Both the position numbers and the translations under genes were made by a program. The notes beneath the pieces are model-generated. The model had not been told where the DNA came from, ran no database searches, and was given only the letters and a program-made list of their open reading frames with translations. DNA of 64,000 nucleotides from a candidate division TA06 bacterium 32_111. GTDB taxonomy: Bacteria > Hydrothermota > 32-111. Each line of letters opens with the position of its first letter. Position 1 is the first letter of the stretch. This document shows positions 18,590 through 27,136 of this stretch, piece after piece. Location of the stretch: the NCBI GenBank assembly GCA_001508335.1, contig LGFX01000002.1:11179-75178 (forward strand), read 5' to 3'.

Positions 18590-19218
18590 AAAAGAATTTT
18601 CGAAGTTTCGAAGAAAAATGGTGGAGTAAAAACCATTACTTAATCGCTGGAGTTGATGAGGCAGGAAGAGGCCCTGTTGCTGGACCTGTTGTTTCAGCAG
18701 CAGTAATCTTTCCCGATAATATTTCTATAGATGGAATCGATGATTCCAAAGAACTCACTCCAGAGGAAAGAGAGGAGTTGTTCCAGATCATTATGGAAAA
18801 AGCACTCGCTGTTGGAGTTGCATATACAGACAATGTCGTTATTGATAAGATAAATATACTTCAGGCAACTTACCTTACAATGAAAAGAGCTTTAGCAAAA
18901 TTGAAAATATTACCAGATGTTGTTCTCGTTGACGGATATCCTATACCTGATCTTGTTTTAAAACAGGAATCTATAATAAAAGGTGATTCAAAATCTATAT
19001 CTATTGCAGCAGCATCCATAGTTGCAAAGGTTCATAGAGATAGAATAATGGAATTTTATGGGATGGAATACCCTGAGTACAATTTTGAAACAAACAAAGG
19101 TTATGCAACCCCGAAACATATTGAGATTATCATTAAAAAAGGTCCCTGTGAAATTCATAGAAAAACCTTTGCACCCGTAAAAGAGATAATCAAAAAAGTT
19201 TTCGGTGATAAGATCTGA
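18586..19218 (+). CDS. rnhB: ribonuclease HII
   Basis: The IAGVDEAGRGPVAGPVV motif and DDSKELT are characteristic of RNase HII. Confidence 0.9.
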   Translation: MKKNFRSFEEKWWSKNHYLIAGVDEAGRGPVAGPVVSAAVIFPDNISIDGIDDSKELTPEEREELFQIIMEKALAVGVAYTDNVVIDKINILQATYLTMKRALAKLKILPDVVLVDGYPIPDLVLKQESIIKGDSKSISIAAASIVAKVHRDRIMEFYGMEYPEYNFETNKGYATPKHIEIIIKKGPCEIHRKTFAPVKEIIKKVFGDKI

Positions 19219-19594
19219 AAATATTTCTAAAGGAAAATCTGGAGAGGATTTAGCCTCAAAATACCTTTTAAAACAAGGGTTTCAAATAGTTGAAAAAAAT
19301 TTTAGATCTGGAAGATTTGGGGAAATAGATATTGTGTGTAAAAAGGATGATCTTCTTGTCTTTGTCGAGGTTAGATCAAAAACTAATCTTAACAGGGGAA
19401 CTCCTGCAGAATCAATAAACAACTTAAAAAGAGAAAGAATTTTAAAAAGTGCGAAATACTTTTTGATGAAATACCCTAAATATTCTAACTTTAACTTAAG
19501 GTTTGATTTTATAGGTATCAAAGTAAAAGGTAAATTTTTTAGAAAAACGGAAATAGAACATATAGAAAATGTTTTTTCCTGTGATGAATTTTAA
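19205..19594 (+). CDS. yraN: YraN family (UPF0102) predicted endonuclease
   Basis: GEDLASKYLLKQGFQIVEKNFRSGRFGEIDIVCKKDDLLVFVEVRSK matches the YraN pattern. Confidence 0.8.
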   Translation: MIRSENISKGKSGEDLASKYLLKQGFQIVEKNFRSGRFGEIDIVCKKDDLLVFVEVRSKTNLNRGTPAESINNLKRERILKSAKYFLMKYPKYSNFNLRFDFIGIKVKGKFFRKTEIEHIENVFSCDEF

Positions 19595-19998
19595 AAACCT
19601 TCCCTTTTGAATATCTCTTCTACAAGTTTATGACATTCTTTATTTTCTTCCCTTGGTATATGTTCTATCTTGAAAGATTTTACCTGTGAGAGTATTTCAT
19701 TCACTTCATTAAAAATTTTTTTAAGTTCTAAATCTTTAACTCTGTAGATTCTTTTTAACTGTTTTACAACAAGTTCACTATCAGAATAAATCTCTATTTC
19801 AAGATCTTTTAAAGTAAACCTATTCTGCACTTCCCTTAAAGCGTAAAGTAAACCAGACCATTCTGCACGGTTGTTGGTTGAATTTTTGAAAAAACCTCCA
19901 CCGGTAAAAAACTCCTCTTTGAAACTTATTTTAAAAGCAAAAGCAGCTGGTCCAGGATTATTTTTACACCCGCCGTCAAAATTTATTACTATTTTCAT
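19591..19998 (-). CDS. rnhA: ribonuclease HI
   Basis: FDGGCKNNPGPAAFAF...NSTNNRAEWSGLLYALREV...IYSDSELVVKQL...H resembles the RNase H type 1 catalytic motifs. Confidence 0.75.
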   Translation of the reverse strand: MKIVINFDGGCKNNPGPAAFAFKISFKEEFFTGGGFFKNSTNNRAEWSGLLYALREVQNRFTLKDLEIEIYSDSELVVKQLKRIYRVKDLELKKIFNEVNEILSQVKSFKIEHIPREENKECHKLVEEIFKREGF

Positions 19999-20710
19999 CT
20001 TTTTTGAAAAGGATTATCCTTCCACAGTTTATACAGTATTCTATAGTTTTCATAGATTTTATTCTGTCAAAAAGTTGTGCTGGTATCGAGGAATAACATC
20101 CAAGACAGTAAGGCTCCCTTACAAGTATAACTGCCCTTTTCTTTCTCCTATCGTAAATCCTTTGATATTTCTTCTGATACTCTTCAGGTAAAGAGGAAAC
20201 AAGTTTTTCCCTTTCAACATCAAGTTTTTTATTTTCCTCCTCTATATCCTTTAAAATTGTGTTTATCTCCTCAATCTCCTTTTTTATACTTTCCATTGTT
20301 GAGTTTTCCTCTTCAAGTTTTTTTATTTGGTTTTCTATCTTTTCGATCTCCGATAGATTCTTCAAAATCTTGTCTTCACTTTCAGAAATGGTATCCTTTT
20401 TATGTTTTATACCTTCAGATATCATCATATACTCATCGTTTGATTTCACATTCGAAAGGTATTTTTTATCCTCCTCTATCTTATCCCTTAAAACTATTAT
20501 TTTTTGTTCAGACTCTTTATTTTCGGAAACGATTTTTTCTTTCTCTTTTTTTAAATTTTCAATTTTACCTATAATAGAATCGAGTTGTTCTTTTAACTCT
20601 TTCCTTTTCAAAGGCTTGTCTCCCATCTTTATCCTGTTCTCCTCGATCTTCTCCTCTATTTCACCAATCTTTTGAAATATTTCATAAATCTGCTCCATTA
20701 TAACCTCCAT
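19976..20710 (-). CDS. coiled-coil zinc-ribbon protein (COG1579/DUF164-like)
   Basis: Long K/E-rich coiled coil followed by CLGCYSSIPAQ...YCINCGRIIL, a C4 zinc ribbon. The likely true start is the Met at 20698 (SD GGAGGT). The 3' end overlaps the rnhA start by 23 nt. Confidence 0.6.
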   Translation of the reverse strand: MEVIMEQIYEIFQKIGEIEEKIEENRIKMGDKPLKRKELKEQLDSIIGKIENLKKEKEKIVSENKESEQKIIVLRDKIEEDKKYLSNVKSNDEYMMISEGIKHKKDTISESEDKILKNLSEIEKIENQIKKLEEENSTMESIKKEIEEINTILKDIEEENKKLDVEREKLVSSLPEEYQKKYQRIYDRRKKRAVILVREPYCLGCYSSIPAQLFDRIKSMKTIEYCINCGRIILFKKDENSNKF

Positions 20711-20748
20711 AAAAAAAGGGAGTGTTTGAGCACTCCCTTTTTATTTTT
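20711..20748. terminator. bidirectional intrinsic terminator (AAAAAAAGGGAGTG-TTTGA-GCACTCCCTTTTTATTTTT)
   Basis: A 7-bp GC-rich stem is flanked by an A-run and a T-run. On the minus strand it lies 86 nt downstream of tRNA-Val. Confidence 0.6.
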
Positions 20749-20833
20749 AAAAATTTAAAGAATATATTTTTACTCTTCACTGAAATTTCCTTTTTTATTT
20801 TTTCTTACATTTTCCATAAAAACCCCTTTCATC

Positions 20834-20907
20834 TGGGCGAAACAGGAGTCGAACCTGTGATCTCCGGTATGTGAGACCGGCGCTCTTACCAACTGAGCCA
20901 TTCGCCC
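20834..20907 (-). tRNA. tRNA-Val (anticodon CAC)
   Basis: Reverse complement GGGCGAATGGCTCAGTTGGTAAGAGCGCCGGTCTCACATACCGGAGATCACAGGTTCGACTCCTGTTTCGCCCA folds as a cloverleaf. The anticodon loop is CTCACAT. CCA is not encoded. Confidence 0.9.
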
Positions 20908-20916
20908 TAAAAAAAT

Positions 20917-20992
20917 TATTATAAATTTAATAATTGTAAAGTCAAGGGAATTTTATAAAGTTCTTGACTTTTTAAAATTTTAAATGTAGTAT
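20917..20992. promoter_or_regulatory. divergent promoters sharing an inverted repeat GTCAAG...CTTGAC: minus TTGACT-16-TATAAT for tRNA-Val, plus TTGACT-17-TAGTAT for the lipoprotein gene
   Basis: Hexamers seen directly. The -35 elements are at 20940-20945 (minus) and 20964-20969 (plus). Confidence 0.5.
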
Positions 20993-21010
20993 TTTAAAAA
21001 AGGAGGAACC

Positions 21011-22026
21011 ATGATAAAAAAGATACTATTTTTGGGGGTAATATTTTCCCTGATTTTAACCTCATGTTTTCTATTACCACAAGAGGTTAGCGTTGATGAT
21101 ACAAAAACATTCTTGAACGTTTTGAAAATTCCATCAACGATCCAACCTCCCAGTACAATGGAGAAAATACAACTATGACTATGGCTGCTACACAAGATTT
21201 CTTCAACAAAGGTGGGACATCAAAAGGCACTCTCCTCTTCCCATCCCTATCTTTCAGGAATCTATTCAAACCTGAAGTTAAAACACCAAAACTTCTTTTC
21301 GATTTCAATTATGGAACCTATGAGTACGATTCCACAGCTTATGACTTCATCCTGACAGATGATTCCTCTCCAGCAAACGGTTATCTTTTCAAATGGGTTT
21401 TTGTTGATTCTCTTGGAACAGATTACAACATGGAATTGTTGTTCGATTCTTTACAGTACTATTCAGGTGATCCGTACCAGTCTACCCCAACAAAGTTGTA
21501 TGTAGCACTTAAAGCCAACAGCTCAAATCTCATGTGGCTTAAAATTAACGCTATCTACACAACAATTTCAGGATATGACTATGACGAATATCAACCAACT
21601 TCTCTACAAACTCATTTTGAAGTTTCAAACGAAGTTGCTTTTGAACTGGATTACGTTGGACATGAGAGTGGTGATACAATAGTCATTATAGATTCTTTGA
21701 GAGCAAAAGTTGAAGACATTTTAAACGATGATTGGAACGAATACACAGTCAGAATGAATAGCGATACCACGGTTGATTTCACAATGGAAAACAAAGAGGG
21801 ATGGTTTATGGCAATCAACGCTCAGCAACCTGTTCAGGTAGATTCTACATATTCAAAACTTGATTTTACAGGTGAACTTAAATACAAAGATGTTCATGCT
21901 GCTGATCTCTCAGGTTATATATGGGAACCAGAAGATGTAAACCATCTTTCCATAATGGTAGCAACTTTTCCTGATGGCAGTTCAGATACTTTGATTTTGA
22001 ATCCTCAGATTCCACAGACAAAATAG
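21011..22026 (+). CDS. lipoprotein, apparently frameshifted: signal peptide plus lipobox in one frame (21011..21175) and a 283-aa body in another frame (open from 21100, ATG at 21175, to 22026)
   Basis: Strong SD AAGGAGG 5 nt before ATG 21011. Classic lipobox MIKKILFLGVIFSLILTSC. The frames overlap at 21100-21175, with an A5 run at 21103-21107. Confidence 0.5.
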
Positions 22027-22040
22027 TAAAATTGAAATAA

Positions 22041-22064
22041 AAGGGGAGTAATTTTACTCCCCTT
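22041..22064 (+). terminator. hairpin terminator GGGGAGTA-ATTT-TACTCCCC after the lipoprotein gene
   Basis: An 8-bp perfect stem 15 nt after the stop codon; the downstream T-tract is weak (TTACTCTT). Confidence 0.45.
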
Positions 22065-22070
22065 ACTCTT

Positions 22071-25000
22071 ATGAGAAATTTAATACCTTCATTTATAGTT
22101 GAGAAGATAAATCTAAACCTAACGAAAGGTAATTTTTTTGGTTATGTGATAAGTGGGGATATTGAGAATTTTACTCCCATGGTTGAAAACCTTATGGAGA
22201 AGGAGAAAGAGGGAGCTGAAATATTAGGAACCATTTTAAACAAAACTCTTGGAAATGTTACAGATACAATCTATAAGAATGATGGATTCATAACTACATT
22301 CTCTGGTGATGCTTTCACCGCTATCTTTTTTGAAGATAAATCTCCAACAGAGATCCTTCAGGTTTCAAAACAGATACTTGAAATTTTTTCAAACTTAAAC
22401 AAAAAAAGTAACATAAAACTCAACATCAGGCTTGGGATCTCTTCAGGATTTATAGAATGGCGAATATTCAACAACGATAAATCAATATACTATTTTAAAG
22501 GGAACGGAATAAATTCCGCGATAAGAATACAACATACAGATGAATCGTCGGTGATAAAAGTTGATGTTTCACTTATAGATAAAATTGATAGGAATCTTGT
22601 TAAAAAGATAAAAGGGGGATATTTTATTGTTGATGAGAGTAAGATAGAGATTCCAAAAAATAATTGTGAGAAGAGCCAGATAATCCCATTCAAAAGTTTA
22701 AATTCAAAATTTTTTCCTGAAATTATATCCGATTTAAAGATAGAGGGAGAGTTTAGAAAGGTTATACCAATCTTTATAAATTTTCCCTTTGATCTTGAAG
22801 ATGAAAAGTTAAATATTCTATTAAAAACTCTTTGTGAAAATACAAAAAAATATAACGCCTATCTGAATAAAGTAGAATTTGGTGATAAGGGCGGAATGAT
22901 ACTTTTGATCTTTGGAGCCCCATACACTCAGGAAGATATGGTTGAGAGGGCTATACTATGTTCAACAGATATATTTAACCATTTGAATGAGAATCATATA
23001 AAAGTATCGGTTGGGCTTGATTACGGAACAACATACTCAGGCTTTATCGGTAGTTCATTTTGGAAAGAGTATACTGTTATAGGAGATATAGTTAACACCT
23101 CAGCAAGAATTGCAACAACAAACAGTTGCAAGGTGATGGTTTCAGAGAGATTAGCATGCGAAACAAAAAGGGTCATTTTCTCTGATCAGGTTGAGTTATC
23201 TTTGAAAGGAAAGGATAAAAAGATAAAAGTGCTTTCCGTAAAGGGAATAACACAGAAAAAAAGTTTCGATTTTATCTCCCCTTTCATCGAAAGAAAAAGT
23301 GTTAGTGAAAAAATTGAAAAATTTTTAAAAACTTTAGAGGATAAAAAAGTTGCTGGTTTAGTTAATATCTTTGGCGAAAGCGGAACAGGAAAGACAAGAA
23401 TCTCTTTCGAGTTATTTTCAAAGTTAGGTTATGAAATTTTTTATACAACTGCAGACCCAATCCTGAAAGAACCTTTGATGGCTATCAAAAATCTCTTTTC
23501 CAACATAGTTGGTTTTAACACTTACGATAAAGAATCGAAAAGAAGAGAGAGCATAGAGAAGTTTTCAAAATCTTTTGAAAAATTTTACGATATTGAGTAT
23601 GAGAGATTGTATTCTTTTCTTTTATACTTTTTCAACCATGAGGAAACATATCTTATAAAAAACCTTCCAGCGAGAGAAAAACTTGAGGGGACTTTTTTTA
23701 CATTAAAAAACATTCTATTAAAAAATATCGAGAACAAAAAAGCGGTTTTTATTTTCGACGATTTCATGTGGGTGGATCAGGAAACTGTCGATTTCGTAAA
23801 TTACCTTTTAAGAGACCAGTATGAATTTAAGAGTGTTCCGTTCATTTTTTTATACAGGGAAGAAAATGATAATATAAGAAGGTTGAAAAAGTTAGGATGT
23901 GAGTTGATAGTTACAAAACTTGAAAATTTCACATTTGAAAATGTAAGAACTTTTCTTCAGAATTTTTTCAAAACAGATGTTTCAAAGGAACTTCTCAATA
24001 CTCTATGGCAAAAGAGTGAAGGTAACCCTTTGTTCCTTGAACAACTATCAGTCCACCTTGTCAACAATGGACTTCTTACAAACAGAAATGGAGTGATCAG
24101 TTTAAAAGAATCCAACTATGAGATACCTTCAAACATAGATAGGTTGATACTTTCAAGACTCGATTCACTTTCAGCAATCACAAGGGATGGAGTTCAAAAG
24201 GCATCCGTAATCGGAAAAGAGTTTGAAATACTTTTACTTTCATTCCTTGTCGAAAAAAAAGATTTAGATAGAATACTTTCAGAATCTGAAAAAAATAAAA
24301 TAATAACTCTCCTTTCCGAAAAGAGTGCATCTTTCAGACATATTCTTCTCTATGAGATAACTTACAGGATGCAGTTCAAAAAAAATGTTGAAAGGTTACA
24401 TAAAAAAATAGGGGAACTCTATGAATCCCTTTTCAAAGATAACCTTATAAATTACTATGAAACACTTTACTACCATTTTTCAAAAGGTAATGTTAAAAAT
24501 AAAGCCATTTTCTATCTGAAAAAATCTATTGAAAAGGATATCTCATCCTTCTCAAATGAAAACGCCATAAAACTTATAGAAAAATATCTTGAATACAGGA
24601 TAAACAAAGATGAAAGAATATATTTTACCATTAAAAAGGCTGAAATCCTTTCACATATAGGGAGGTATAAAGATTCAATAAAAGAGTATAAAAAAATTCT
24701 CAAAGAGAAAAAACTTAAATTAAAAACCAAATCTTTAGTTTTAAAGGGAATAGGCAACTCATTATGGGCTATGGGTGAATACAAAAAAGCTTTAAATCAA
24801 TACAAAGAGAGTTTAAAAATAGTTAAAAATTTGAGAGATCAAAAGGAGATTTCAGAGATATACGAAAAAATTGGTTTAGTTTATTACAACAAGGGGGATT
24901 ATTCAAAATCTAAAGAGATGTTTAACACAGCGTTGAAATTCGCAAAGAGAGATGTTGAAAAGAGATTTTCAATATACTCCAATCTTGGACTTTTACTATA

Positions 25001-25739
25001 CAGACAGGGTAACTATAAAAAAGCTATGGAATATTACACAAGATCACTCGATTATGCAAAGAAAAACAATAACCTTTCAGATCAGGCACTCTTCAATTTA
25101 AGAATAGGTTTAATACATTATGAAAAACAGGAATACGAAAAAGCCTTAAAAAACTATTTCGTCTCTTTAGATCTTAACAGAAAAACAGGAAACAGAAGAA
25201 ATGAGGCGGTAACTCTGGGTAACATTGGAACAGTTTACAACGAGATGGGTGAAACTGAGAAAGCTTTAAATTATCTTTTTAAAGCTTTACAGATAGATAA
25301 AGAGATCAACAATCTTGAAAATGAATCTATAATTTTAGGAAATATCGCAAACATATATGGTGCTAAAAATGATTGGGAATCATCCTTGAAATATTATAAA
25401 GAGGCATTGGATGTTGATAGAAAAATAGGAAGTAAATGGTCAGAAGCGATAGATCTTGGAAATATAGGACAACTTTTCAAATTACAAAAAAAATATAAGG
25501 ATGCTGACGAGTATTTTAAAAAATGTATAAAGATAATCAGGGAGATGAATGCGAGATACCCTTTAAGTCATTTTTTGTATCACAGAGCACTCCTTCTTTT
25601 TGAAATGAAAAATTTTCCTCTGTCTTTAAAACTCACCAAAGAATCTTTAAAAATTGCAAAGGAGTTAAAAAAGGAAAACTTGATAAAAAGTTGTGAAGAA
25701 CTGATAAAAAAAATGGAGGATAAGAATGTCAAAATGTGA
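22071..25739 (+). CDS. multidomain signalling protein: two class III nucleotidyl-cyclase-homology domains, a P-loop STAND/AAA NTPase (GESGTGKT), and C-terminal TPR repeats
   Basis: Cyclase-like motifs FSGDAFTAIFF and GLDYGTTYSGFIGS...VIGDIVNTSARI. Walker A NIFGESGTGKTRISF. About 10 TPR-like repeats in the C-terminal 450 aa. The start is uncertain because no SD precedes the first ATG. Confidence 0.6.
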   Translation: MRNLIPSFIVEKINLNLTKGNFFGYVISGDIENFTPMVENLMEKEKEGAEILGTILNKTLGNVTDTIYKNDGFITTFSGDAFTAIFFEDKSPTEILQVSKQILEIFSNLNKKSNIKLNIRLGISSGFIEWRIFNNDKSIYYFKGNGINSAIRIQHTDESSVIKVDVSLIDKIDRNLVKKIKGGYFIVDESKIEIPKNNCEKSQIIPFKSLNSKFFPEIISDLKIEGEFRKVIPIFINFPFDLEDEKLNILLKTLCENTKKYNAYLNKVEFGDKGGMILLIFGAPYTQEDMVERAILCSTDIFNHLNENHIKVSVGLDYGTTYSGFIGSSFWKEYTVIGDIVNTSARIATTNSCKVMVSERLACETKRVIFSDQVELSLKGKDKKIKVLSVKGITQKKSFDFISPFIERKSVSEKIEKFLKTLEDKKVAGLVNIFGESGTGKTRISFELFSKLGYEIFYTTADPILKEPLMAIKNLFSNIVGFNTYDKESKRRESIEKFSKSFEKFYDIEYERLYSFLLYFFNHEETYLIKNLPAREKLEGTFFTLKNILLKNIENKKAVFIFDDFMWVDQETVDFVNYLLRDQYEFKSVPFIFLYREENDNIRRLKKLGCELIVTKLENFTFENVRTFLQNFFKTDVSKELLNTLWQKSEGNPLFLEQLSVHLVNNGLLTNRNGVISLKESNYEIPSNIDRLILSRLDSLSAITRDGVQKASVIGKEFEILLLSFLVEKKDLDRILSESEKNKIITLLSEKSASFRHILLYEITYRMQFKKNVERLHKKIGELYESLFKDNLINYYETLYYHFSKGNVKNKAIFYLKKSIEKDISSFSNENAIKLIEKYLEYRINKDERIYFTIKKAEILSHIGRYKDSIKEYKKILKEKKLKLKTKSLVLKGIGNSLWAMGEYKKALNQYKESLKIVKNLRDQKEISEIYEKIGLVYYNKGDYSKSKEMFNTALKFAKRDVEKRFSIYSNLGLLLYRQGNYKKAMEYYTRSLDYAKKNNNLSDQALFNLRIGLIHYEKQEYEKALKNYFVSLDLNRKTGNRRNEAVTLGNIGTVYNEMGETEKALNYLFKALQIDKEINNLENESIILGNIANIYGAKNDWESSLKYYKEALDVDRKIGSKWSEAIDLGNIGQLFKLQKKYKDADEYFKKCIKIIREMNARYPLSHFLYHRALLLFEMKNFPLSLKLTKESLKIAKELKKENLIKSCEELIKKMEDKNVKM

Positions 25740-25914
25740 CAACAAAAATGAGTGCCCTTGCACATATCCTGGATGCGAAAGACACGGAAAATGCTGTGAG
25801 TGTGTTGCATACCATAGGAAATACGGAGAATTCCCTGCTTGCTTTTTTTCAAAAGATGGTGAAAAGAGTTATGATAGATCTTTTGAAAATTTAATAAATG
25901 ATAGAAGAAGATAA
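25726..25914 (+). CDS. 62-aa cysteine-rich (8 Cys) putative metal-binding protein, translationally coupled to the cyclase-STAND-TPR gene
   Basis: MSKCDNKNECPCTYPGCERHGKCCECVAYH. SD GGAGGA is 5 nt upstream of the ATG, inside the end of the upstream gene. Confidence 0.5.
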   Translation: MSKCDNKNECPCTYPGCERHGKCCECVAYHRKYGEFPACFFSKDGEKSYDRSFENLINDRRR

Positions 25915-25926
25915 AAATTCTTGTCT

Positions 25927-25948
25927 TTTTATCAATTGACAATATAAT
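25927..25948 (+). promoter_or_regulatory. candidate promoter (TTGTCT-16-TATAAT) for tRNA-Ala and pfkA
   Basis: Hexamers seen 11 nt upstream of the tRNA 5' end. Confidence 0.35.
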
Positions 25949-25959
25949 ATTACAAAAAG

Positions 25960-26032
25960 GGGCCAGTGGCTCAGTTGGGAGAGCGCATCCTTCGCAAGGA
26001 TGAGGTCGGCGGTTCGACTCCGCTCTGGTCCA
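25960..26032 (+). tRNA. tRNA-Ala (anticodon CGC) with the G3-U70 identity pair
   Basis: GGGCCAGTGGCTCAGTTGGGAGAGCGCATCCTTCGCAAGGATGAGGTCGGCGGTTCGACTCCGCTCTGGTCCA forms a cloverleaf. The anticodon loop is TTCGCAA. CCA is not encoded. Confidence 0.9.
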
Positions 26033-26047
26033 TTAAAAAGGAGAAAA

Positions 26048-27136
26048 ATGATTAAAAGGATTGGCATTTTAACAGGTGGTGGTGACTGTCCGGGATTGAA
26101 CGCTGTTATCAGAGCATCTGTAAAGACAGCAATTTCCCATTATGGATGGGAAGTTCTTGGAATAACTGATGGATTTGATGGTTTGATAATTCCAGATAGA
26201 ATTTTTAAAATGGATTTGAACTCTGTAAAAGGAATACTTCCAAAAGGTGGAACAATCCTTGGGACATCCAACAGAGGTAACCCTTTCAAATATCCTGTAA
26301 AAAAAGATGGGAAAATTGTAACCGAGGATAAATCAGATGAGATTTTAAAAAATATTTTAAAATTAGAGATCGATGGTCTTATTGTTATAGGTGGAGATGG
26401 GACTTTAAATATAGCATATCAACTATATAAAAAAGGAGCAAACATTGTAGGTGTTCCCAAAACGATAGATAACGACCTTGCAAAGACTGATTATACCTTT
26501 GGATTCTTTACCGCTGTAAACACCGCTACTGATGCTATAGATAAACTCCATACTACCGCAGAATCACACCATAGAATTATGATAGTTGAAGTTATGGGAA
26601 GAGATGCTGGATGGATAGCACTAAATTCAGGTATAGCTGGCGGTGCTGATATTATACTAATTCCTGAAATTCCTTTCAATATAGAAAAGATAATTGAAAA
26701 GATTAACGAAAGAAATTTAAAAGGTTCACATTTCTCCATTATAGTTGTTGCTGAAGGTGCATATGAAAAAGGAAAAGATAAGCATTACGTAGAAAAGGCA
26801 AAGAATGAGGGAACTCTTCCAAGGTATGGGGGAATAAGTAATTATATAGCTTCAGTTCTGAGTGAAAAAACGGATATGGAGATAAGAACAACGATTTTAG
26901 GACATATACAGAGAGGAGGTTCGCCAACGCCATATGATAGGATTCTGGCTTCAAGATTCGGTGTTGAAGTCTGTGACCTTATAGCACAGAAAAAGTTTGG
27001 ATATATGGTAAATCTTGTGGGCACTCAAATAATTTCAAGACCTATAGAGGAAAGCATAAGTAAACAAAAACTTATCGACCCATATGGACAACTTGTAGAA
27101 ACTGCAAGAAGATTGCAGATATCTTTGGGGGACTGA
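26048..27136 (+). CDS. pfkA: ATP-dependent 6-phosphofructokinase
   Basis: MIKRIGILTGGGDCPGLNAVI...GGDGT...MGR motifs. The start lies 15 nt after tRNA-Ala, with SD AAAGGAG. The ORF-track N-terminal extension overlaps the tRNA and is not real. Confidence 0.9.
   Translation: MIKRIGILTGGGDCPGLNAVIRASVKTAISHYGWEVLGITDGFDGLIIPDRIFKMDLNSVKGILPKGGTILGTSNRGNPFKYPVKKDGKIVTEDKSDEILKNILKLEIDGLIVIGGDGTLNIAYQLYKKGANIVGVPKTIDNDLAKTDYTFGFFTAVNTATDAIDKLHTTAESHHRIMIVEVMGRDAGWIALNSGIAGGADIILIPEIPFNIEKIIEKINERNLKGSHFSIIVVAEGAYEKGKDKHYVEKAKNEGTLPRYGGISNYIASVLSEKTDMEIRTTILGHIQRGGSPTPYDRILASRFGVEVCDLIAQKKFGYMVNLVGTQIISRPIEESISKQKLIDPYGQLVETARRLQISLGD

Noticed and set aside
22071-25739. The 1222-aa protein as a mobile or defence-island marker (Avs-like)
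   Set aside because: There is no nuclease, protease or other effector domain, and no flanking mobile-element hallmark. Base composition is identical to the surroundings. It is kept only as a signalling STAND hypothesis.
26000-26047. N-terminal extension of the pfkA ORF (MRSAVRLRSGPLKRRK)
   Set aside because: It overlaps tRNA-Ala. The conserved Pfk N-terminus begins at MIKRIGILTGGGDCPGLN, which has its own SD.
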